From: Ostreococcus lucimarinus
Lineage: Eukaryota
Reading direction: 5' to 3' (one strand)
DNA: 64,000 nt
NCBI GenBank assembly: GCA_000092065.1
Contig: CP000587.1
The translations under genes and the position numbers were made by a program. This document shows, piece after piece, positions 57,580-64,000 of the stretch. Under the pieces are notes generated by a model that saw only the letters and a program-made list of their open reading frames with translations, was not told the DNA's origin and searched no databases. Numbering within the stretch: the stretch's first letter is position 1; every line of letters begins with the position of its first letter.

Positions 57580-58692
57580 ATGTCCGCGCGCGCGGCGCGA
57601 TGCGCGGTGGCGGTGGTGGGGATATTCGTCGCGTTCAGTTACTTTGCGCTCGCGCAGGAGGACGTGTACAAGAAGCGATACGGCGGCGCGCGGTTCGCGG
57701 CGACGTTCTTCGTGCTCGCGTGCGAGCGGTTGGTGAACGTGATGGTGGCCGCGATCGGGCTGGGCGCGTGCGGGGGCTCGGGGGCGCGATTGGCGCGAGG
57801 GGAGATTTTCCAGAGCGGGGCGTCGCAGACGCTCGCGATGGCGGCGAGTAACGAGGCGCTGCGGTACGTGTCGTACCCGACGCAAGTGCTCGGGAAGTCG
57901 TGTAAGATGGTGCCCGTGATGGTTGGGGGGATGGTGCTCGGTGGGCGCACGTTCACGGCGTCGCAGTACGCGCAGGTGGTTTTCGTGACGCTGGGCGTGG
58001 CGATTTTCAATTTCGGCGCCGACACGAAGAAGACGAGCGGAAACGATAGCGCGTACGGGTTGTCGCTCATCGCGATTTCGCTCGTCATGGATGCCGTAAC
58101 GGGTGGGTTGCAAGATCGCGTCAAGCGCACGACGAAGGCGTTGAATCCGCGAGCCGGTGCGAGCGCGAAGCCGAGCGTGTACGAGAGCATGTTGTACACA
58201 AATTTGAGCGGTTTCGTCGTCGCCTTGGGCTTTGCTTTCGCCACTGGACAGCTCACGAGTGGCGTGCGGTCGTGCGTGGCGCACGTTGCGCTCGCGAGAG
58301 CCGTTCTCGTGTACTCTCTCGCCAGCGCTGTCGGACAGGTGTTCATTTATTACACGATTACGCACTTCGACGTCCTCGTGCTCACCACGGTGACGACGAC
58401 TCGAAAAATCTTCTCCACCGTCATCTCCGTCTTCCGTGACCCTAGCAACGCGCTCAACCGAATCCAATGGTTCGGTTGCTCATTGGTCTTTACATTCCTT
58501 GCCCTGGACGTCGTCGCCGCTGCGTTTCGTCCGCGCCATTCCGCGCCCGCGGCGGCGACAGCCGCTCGCCGGGCGCCGTCTTCTCGTCGCGCCGAGCGCG
58601 ATACCGATACCGATCGCGCGGCGGCGGCGATCGGATCCGCGCGATCGACATCATCCCGTCGTCGTCATTCGTCTCGCAGATCCTCGTCGTGA
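57580..58692 (+). CDS. SLC35B: SLC35B-type (UAA family) nucleotide-sugar / PAPS transporter
   Basis: Ten hydrophobic segments. GASQTLAMAASNEALRYVSYPTQVLGKSCKMVPVMVGGMVLGGRTFTASQYAQVVFVTLGVAIFNF matches the SLC35B/UAA family core. ATG at 57580. Confidence 0.75.
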   Translation: MSARAARCAVAVVGIFVAFSYFALAQEDVYKKRYGGARFAATFFVLACERLVNVMVAAIGLGACGGSGARLARGEIFQSGASQTLAMAASNEALRYVSYPTQVLGKSCKMVPVMVGGMVLGGRTFTASQYAQVVFVTLGVAIFNFGADTKKTSGNDSAYGLSLIAISLVMDAVTGGLQDRVKRTTKALNPRAGASAKPSVYESMLYTNLSGFVVALGFAFATGQLTSGVRSCVAHVALARAVLVYSLASAVGQVFIYYTITHFDVLVLTTVTTTRKIFSTVISVFRDPSNALNRIQWFGCSLVFTFLALDVVAAAFRPRHSAPAAATAARRAPSSRRAERDTDTDRAAAAIGSARSTSSRRRHSSRRSSS

Positions 58693-58809
58693 GTGCGCCG
58701 GACGCAACACGAGTGATGTAATAAACTTATTCACCGCGCGTCGAAGGCCCCTCGCAGTGGTGTAACACCATCCCTGCTGATCATCACCATCATTGAACGA
58801 CGCGCCGTC

Positions 58810-60510
58810 ATGGGCCGAAGGCGCGAACGTGCGTCAGCGCCCGCGGTGGTCGCAACCGCGCTCGCCGCGCTCGCATTCACATCGCAACCCGCGCGCGCGG
58901 CGCGCGCGGCGCGCGCGGCGCCGAACGACCCGCGCAAAATCATCCCGGGGCTGCGCCACGAGCGCGAGTTTCAACGCTACGTTGAAAAGTATGCGAAGAA
59001 TTACTGCGATGCCGACGCGAGCGAGGCGGCGTGCGCCGCGTCGTTGCGCAGACAGAAAGTCTACTACGCGAATATGGTGCGATACGAGGCGCACAACGCG
59101 GATTCGGCGCACAAGTTTCAGTTGAAAGAGACGAAGTTTAGCGATCTCACGGAGGAAGAATTCGCCGCGAGGGTGTTGACGTATAAACCGAGGCGACAGT
59201 TTGGTGAAACGATGCTGGGGAACTCGGAAGATGAGGTTAGCTCGACGTCCGCGCGCGTGGGCTACGAGGCGGCGGCGTTGAAGTCGCCCGCGGAGATCGC
59301 TGTGGCACGGAAGCATTCGCAGCGCGCGCGCGACCGCACTCAAAGGCGCGAGCGAAACCGGCTGCGTGGACATGTCGAAGACCACGGAGAAGTCGACGAT
59401 AGTGGACCGTTGGGTGATGCGGACCCATCGATTCCGGCCGCCTTTTCGTGGCGCACGCCGCCAGATGGATACGGAAACGTCGTCGGTGTGGTGCACGATC
59501 AAGAGGACTTGTGCGCGTCGTGCTGGGCGTTTGTCACCGCGGATTCCATCGCGAGCCGAATCGCAATCATAAACAAGGGCGACGACGCCCCGGCGTTAAG
59601 CGTGAAGCAGCTCATGGCATGCGATGCTGTTGATCACGGGTGTTCGACCGGGAACATGTACACCGCGTACGAATGGATCGGGCAATACGGCGGTATCAGC
59701 TCCAAGGCGGATTACAACGCGAAAGTACCAGGTGACCGAGACGACGCTCCGGATGCCAAGTGCGACGCGTCCGTCAAAAAAGTTTACGATACGCCGGCTA
59801 TGTGTGATTTAGCGCAAGTTGCCGGCGAAGAACCGCTTTATCGTGCGATCTTCGAGCGAGGTCCCGTCGCCGTTGGCATCAACGCAAACAAACTGCAGGC
59901 ATACGGCAGCGGCGTCATCATGTTGGATGACTGTAAGCCACTTGGTCGTGGTATTGAGTCCATCAATCACGCCGCACTTGTCGTTGGGTGGGGCACGACG
60001 GACGACGGGGTCAAATACTGGGAAATTAAAAACTCTTACGGCCCAGAGTGGGGCGACGAAGGATTCTTCAGGCTCGAGCGCGGTCGCATCGGCGAACACA
60101 AGTTCGGCACTTGCGGTCTTCTCTTTGAATCCGTCTACCCGGTCGTCACGAAGGCTGGCGATGCGACGTCGACTGACGCTCCGTGTGTGAAGGGATCAGT
60201 CCAAAAGCAAACGTACTATAGAAACGAGACGCTCAATCCGGGCTTGGGCGACGATGACGTTGAGGACGAGGCGCGCATCGGCGTCGCGCAGCGCCGCGCG
60301 CACCGAGCCCACGGTCACGCACACCGCGCGCGAAAAGCTCGCCTAGGCGACGCCGCTTCGTCGCACCTGACGACGCACACCGAAAACGTCGTCGCCGCGG
60401 CCGCCGCTCTGGCCTCGATCGCCGTCCTCGTCGCCGCGGTCGCTCATCGCCGCCGAGCGCGCCGGGACGCCGTCCCCGAATCCGCCGCGCTCCTCGCCGC
60501 CGAGCCTTGA
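58810..60510 (+). CDS. Second cathepsin L-like C1A protease paralog with signal peptide, I29 propeptide and C-terminal TM anchor
   Basis: The propeptide is RQKVYYANMVRYEAHNAD. The catalytic Cys is EDLCASCWAF, the His is NHAALVVGWG, and the Asn/Trp is NSYGPEWGDEGFFRLERG. The C-terminal TM segment is AAAAALASIAVLVAAVA. Confidence 0.9.
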   Translation: MGRRRERASAPAVVATALAALAFTSQPARAARAARAAPNDPRKIIPGLRHEREFQRYVEKYAKNYCDADASEAACAASLRRQKVYYANMVRYEAHNADSAHKFQLKETKFSDLTEEEFAARVLTYKPRRQFGETMLGNSEDEVSSTSARVGYEAAALKSPAEIAVARKHSQRARDRTQRRERNRLRGHVEDHGEVDDSGPLGDADPSIPAAFSWRTPPDGYGNVVGVVHDQEDLCASCWAFVTADSIASRIAIINKGDDAPALSVKQLMACDAVDHGCSTGNMYTAYEWIGQYGGISSKADYNAKVPGDRDDAPDAKCDASVKKVYDTPAMCDLAQVAGEEPLYRAIFERGPVAVGINANKLQAYGSGVIMLDDCKPLGRGIESINHAALVVGWGTTDDGVKYWEIKNSYGPEWGDEGFFRLERGRIGEHKFGTCGLLFESVYPVVTKAGDATSTDAPCVKGSVQKQTYYRNETLNPGLGDDDVEDEARIGVAQRRAHRAHGHAHRARKARLGDAASSHLTTHTENVVAAAAALASIAVLVAAVAHRRRARRDAVPESAALLAAEP

Positions 60511-60689
60511 GATCGAGCCACGTGGTTTACGATCTGAAACAAATATCCATATTTTAGTTACATGTAGCAACACAACCGAACGCGAAACGATTGAGAAGAG
60601 CTTCCGCGGGCGAGTCCCGAGCCCGCCGCGCCGCCGCGAATGAATCCAGCACCGCCATCGCCCCGCATTACGCCGCGCGGCGCCCTCCG

Positions 60690-61295
60690 ATGGACTTCCT
60701 GCGCGACGTCGCGAACACCGTGGAGCGCGCCGTCACCGGCGCGTCCCCGCGCGCGCTCGATCTCCCGCAATGCGACGTCGCGTTCGTCTCAGAGACCATC
60801 GCCGAGTACGGGCGAATCTTGGCGCGCTCGAAAGACGTCGTAGTTCGCGACGCCGACCGCGCGACCGACGCCGAGGTGCGGCGCGCGCGATTCAACATGG
60901 TGTGGGCGCTGTGCCACAGCGGCGTCGAGGATCAGCTGAGACGAGGGACGCAAATGCTCGAGCGCGGCGCGAGCAACGGGGCGAACGCGGAGACGACGCT
61001 CGAGGCGAGGTGGCGAGTCGAATTCGGCGACGCGATGGAGGTCAGAGATGGGCATTACTTGCGAAGCGTGGCGTATTACGGGATGAGGGATTACGAGCGC
61101 GCGCGCGAAGCGGCGTTTGCGGCGCTGAAGTGTGACCCAGAATGTCGACAGGCGGCGGCGTTGCGCGAGGCCAGCGAAGAAGCGTTGGCGAGGGACGGAT
61201 TGGTCGGCGCGGGGGCGATCGCGGCGGCGGGACTGGCGATCTTAGGAGCGACGGCGGCGATCGCGGCCAACAGCGCGGGGGGGAGTCGACGATGA
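60690..61295 (+). CDS. FIS1: Fis1 (mitochondrial/peroxisomal fission 1) tail-anchored TPR protein
   Basis: FNMVWALCHSGVEDQLRRGTQMLE...RSVAYYGMRDYERAREAAFAALKCDPECRQAAALREASEEALARDGLVGAGAIAAAGLAILG closely matches the Fis1 C-terminal half (..YYLAVGNYRLKEYEKALKYVRGLLQTEPQNNQAKELERLIDKAMKKDGLVGMAIVGG..). Confidence 0.85.
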   Translation: MDFLRDVANTVERAVTGASPRALDLPQCDVAFVSETIAEYGRILARSKDVVVRDADRATDAEVRRARFNMVWALCHSGVEDQLRRGTQMLERGASNGANAETTLEARWRVEFGDAMEVRDGHYLRSVAYYGMRDYERAREAAFAALKCDPECRQAAALREASEEALARDGLVGAGAIAAAGLAILGATAAIAANSAGGSRR

Positions 61296-61359
61296 TGACG
61301 ATGATGGCGGTACTGTACGCTAGTAGTTCTAGAATGAAATTTCAACACGCGTTCACTTG

Positions 61360-64000
61360 CTATTTAATCGACGCCTTTTCTAACGTTTTTTTATATGAAC
61401 GAATGGAGTCTTTCCACACGGACACCTTTTTGTTTTCACACACCCATATCTCTTTCGCCACCTTATCGATCAATCTAAAGTCGTGACTAACGAGTACTAG
61501 ACCGCCTTTGTACTTGTTGATGGCGTCTGCGAGAGAGTCGATGCAATCGTGATCCAAGTGATTCGTCGGCTCGTCGAGAAGAAGCATGTTTGGGTTACCG
61601 AGACAAATCATGGCGAATACCAAACGTGATTTCTGTCCATCCGAAAGCGCGGCGATGGGATTGGTTTGTAAACGCCCGCTGATGCCGAACTTGCCCAAAT
61701 ACGACCGCCACTCGTCCGTCGGTTTTCGCATGTCATAATACGTCCCAGAGAAGAAATCCAAAGGCGACGCGCGCGGGTCCAGCACATCGACGCTGTGCTG
61801 ATGGTACCGCCCGATGCTGAGGTGGTGGTGTCGCGCGACTTCGCCTTCGCTCGCTTCGATATCACCCGTCATGAGCTTGAGAATTGTCGACTTACCCGCA
61901 CCGTTTGGGCCGACGAGCGCGATTCGAGAATCGCAATCCACTCCGAACTCCAGGTTTTCTAAAAGCATACCGAGCGAAGGATCCGCCGTGTGATATCGGA
62001 AGGAAACGTTCTTAAACGGAAGTACTGGCGGTGCGAGCTTGGCACAATCTGGGAACGTGAATTCGAAAGTTCTCTCCGCCGTCGGCGACGGCGTCAACCC
62101 GGCGGCTTCCATCTTGTCCAGAATCTTTTGTTTCGAGTTCGCCTGTTTCATCTTATCCGCGTAGGTACCGCAAGACGCGATGAATTCTTTCAGATGTTTG
62201 ATATCCGCTTGCTCTTTTTCGTACTGCTTCTGCTGAATAACCTCTTCCGCCGCGAGCGTGGCGCGAAACGTATCGAAGTCGCCCGTGTAGTACTTCAAAG
62301 TCTTGTTTGTGACTCTGATGACGTGCGAGCACACACCGTTGAGGAAGTCTTGCGAGTGCGAAATCACGACCAGGCACTTCTTATATTTTGACAGATGATC
62401 TTCGAGCCACACGCACGCGCTCAAATCTAAGTGATTCGTCGGCTCGTCGAGTAAAAGTAACGCCGGCGACGCCAAAAGAGCGCGCGCGAGAGAGACGCGC
62501 ATTCGCCAACCACCAGACAGCGCCTTTGTTTCGCGATTCATCATGACTTTATCGAATCCCAAATTGTGGAGAAGCTCCGCCGCCGTAGTTTCAAATTTAA
62601 CCGGATCGAGTTCCTCTAAACGCTCGTATATTCCCTGAAGGCGCTCGTCGCCGGGCCCGTTCGTCGTGAGAATTTCGCTCTCGATGGCTTGCAGGCGCGA
62701 AACTTCTTCGCGTATATGGTCCACAACAGCCTCGAGCGCGCTTCGCTCACTCGGTTCAGCTTCTTCGCGCAGATGATATATGTCAACGTGTGCGGGTACT
62801 TCTAGTTCGCGCTTCGCTATGGCTTCCAGAAGCATGGACTTGCCGCACCCATTCGGGCCTAATAAACCGTAGCGCCGTCCGACGTTGAGCTCCATCACGC
62901 AATCCTTGATGAGCTCGTTACCGTTCACGGACATAGAAACTTGCTCAAATCGTAAGTCTAGTGCGGTTTTACGTGAGACGAGCACACCTGAGACGCTTCG
63001 ATCGACGTCACCCTCGACGATTTTGCCGTCCGTCTTCGTCGCGTCTCCGGACTCATCTACGCTGGTGCCGTTCTTTTCCCCACGCCGACGTCGCGCGCCA
63101 CCTTTTCGACTTGCACCGACACCGCGAGCTTCATCCTCGCTCGAGGTCACCTTGCCTTGATATACACGCCAGGTATCTGAGCACACGTCTCCCACAAAGG
63201 ATGCGTTGTGGCTGATTGTCAACACGCCTCCCTTGAAACGCCTAAGCGCCGCAGTCAGGGCTGCTAACGTTTCGTTATCTAAGTAGTTTGTCGGCTCATC
63301 CAATGCAATAATATGCGGCTTCGTCCACATCGCGGCCGCGAGCACGAGTCTGGACTTCTGACCGCCAGACATGCGCTTAATTTTCCCGTCGGCGAGCTCT
63401 TGCGATATGCCAAAATCGCGCAAATGAGAATAAACCTCGCCACTTGTCAGAGGACGTATGTCCATCCCACTTTGTATGGCTTTCATCATTTCGTCGTAAT
63501 TTTTGCACATCTTCACGACGTAAGACACTTTGAGGAATCGTTTTGGTTCCCAGTGCGTGACGCCCACTCTGTCGCCGACTTTTTTCACCTCATAACACAG
63601 CTCGCCTCCCTTGACGGCGCGCCCGAGGATCTCGCACACGCTTCCACGCGACTGCTGCTCTACTTTTTCATCATCCGTGAGTGACATTGTGGACATTTTT
63701 GCTAATTCCTTATCTCGGCCTTGGTAAAAACGAGTTTGGATGTACTCCTTGGGCGACATGTCAAGGTGCGCTTGCAAGTGGTGCATCGAGTGCTGCGCAA
63801 TGTAAGCGATGCGCAGGTTATGGTGCTTCCAGATAGAGCCACCCGTCGGCTCGAGCTCACCGACGATATTTTTCATGAGTGTCGTCTTACCCGCGCCGTT
63901 CGCACCGACGACGGCGACGCGACTGCTGAGATACATTCGAGTGTACACGCCGCTCAAGACTTGATTGTTTGGGTACGCGAAACTCAGGTCCTCAAGACGC
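61360..64000 (-). CDS. Partial (5' end beyond the window) ORF carrying three ABC NBDs in one frame: eEF3-type ABC2 with chromo-like insertion, then a complete ABCF2/Arb1-like NBD-linker-NBD
   Basis: NBD-A has VAVVGANGAGKTT, KEYIQTRFYQGRDKE (eEF3 SEYIQWRFQTGEDRE), the insertion ELCYEVKKVGDRVGVTHWEPKRF, MSGGQKSRLVLAAAMWTKPHIIALDEPTNYLD and GGVLTISHNASF. NBD-B has GRRYGLLGPNGCGKSMLLEAIAKRELEVPAHVDIYHLREE (ABCF2 [40 protein letters not shown]), LSGGWRMRVSLARAL and LLLLDEPTNHLD. NBD-C has RIALVGPNGAGKSTILKLMTGD...GRYHQH, LSDGQKSRLVFA and LLLLDEPTNHLD. The frame stays open upstream of the track start (TTG). Confidence 0.85.
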   Translation of the reverse strand, partial: RLEDLSFAYPNNQVLSGVYTRMYLSSRVAVVGANGAGKTTLMKNIVGELEPTGGSIWKHHNLRIAYIAQHSMHHLQAHLDMSPKEYIQTRFYQGRDKELAKMSTMSLTDDEKVEQQSRGSVCEILGRAVKGGELCYEVKKVGDRVGVTHWEPKRFLKVSYVVKMCKNYDEMMKAIQSGMDIRPLTSGEVYSHLRDFGISQELADGKIKRMSGGQKSRLVLAAAMWTKPHIIALDEPTNYLDNETLAALTAALRRFKGGVLTISHNASFVGDVCSDTWRVYQGKVTSSEDEARGVGASRKGGARRRRGEKNGTSVDESGDATKTDGKIVEGDVDRSVSGVLVSRKTALDLRFEQVSMSVNGNELIKDCVMELNVGRRYGLLGPNGCGKSMLLEAIAKRELEVPAHVDIYHLREEAEPSERSALEAVVDHIREEVSRLQAIESEILTTNGPGDERLQGIYERLEELDPVKFETTAAELLHNLGFDKVMMNRETKALSGGWRMRVSLARALLASPALLLLDEPTNHLDLSACVWLEDHLSKYKKCLVVISHSQDFLNGVCSHVIRVTNKTLKYYTGDFDTFRATLAAEEVIQQKQYEKEQADIKHLKEFIASCGTYADKMKQANSKQKILDKMEAAGLTPSPTAERTFEFTFPDCAKLAPPVLPFKNVSFRYHTADPSLGMLLENLEFGVDCDSRIALVGPNGAGKSTILKLMTGDIEASEGEVARHHHLSIGRYHQHSVDVLDPRASPLDFFSGTYYDMRKPTDEWRSYLGKFGISGRLQTNPIAALSDGQKSRLVFAMICLGNPNMLLLDEPTNHLDHDCIDSLADAINKYKGGLVLVSHDFRLIDKVAKEIWVCENKKVSVWKDSIRSYKKTLEKASIK

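Noticed and set aside
57415-58467. ORF 57415-58467 (-, 350 aa) and 57639-58346 (-)
   Set aside because: They are antisense to the SLC35B transporter gene and His/Arg-rich low complexity. The plus-strand frame gives a clean 10-TM transporter.
1-64000. Prokaryotic or mobile features: CRISPR arrays, IS elements or transposons, integrases, phage genes, rRNA
   Set aside because: There are no direct-repeat/spacer arrays, no transposase or integrase or reverse-transcriptase ORFs, no terminal inverted repeats, and no rRNA-like segments. Gene content, introns, the tRNA intron and targeting presequences are all eukaryotic-nuclear.

Overview
This window is GC-rich, gene-dense eukaryotic nuclear DNA. 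I found no prokaryotic operon logic, CRISPR array, rRNA or transposon. Overall GC is roughly 65-70%, but individual genes range from about 48% to about 80%. About 35 protein-coding genes are packed at roughly one per 1.8 kb on both strands, mostly intronless. Many are head-to-head pairs with 60-110 bp between start codons, or tail-to-tail pairs with 60-110 bp between stop codons. Three short spliceosomal introns are supported by frame-preserving GT..AG models (CBP80, bL27 copy 1, an LYR protein), and there is one intron-containing elongator tRNA-Met. Genes recognised from the translated sequence include EMC7, an RbAp48/MSI1-type WD40 protein, DNMT2, a degenerate Cu/Zn-SOD-like protein, a sulfotransferase, CBP80, two tandem organellar bL27 paralogs, FolD, an ABCC/MRP transporter, FtsZ, NELF-C/D, two membrane-anchored cathepsin-L-like proteases, a TVP38/DedA protein, an SLC35B nucleotide-sugar/PAPS-type transporter and Fis1. 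The most unusual items are a single uninterrupted 14.46-kb ORF (4,820 aa) that fuses a clan-A glycoside hydrolase domain to two complete GT48 1,3-beta-glucan synthase units, and a partial ORF at the window end that joins an eEF3-type ABC domain to a complete ABCF2/Arb1-like protein, giving three nucleotide-binding domains in one frame. Two caveats apply. The supplied ORF track prints alternative start codons (TTG/GTG) as M. Many long Arg/Ala-rich ORFs are antisense artefacts of GC-rich DNA. Start coordinates I derived by hand carry a few nt of uncertainty.
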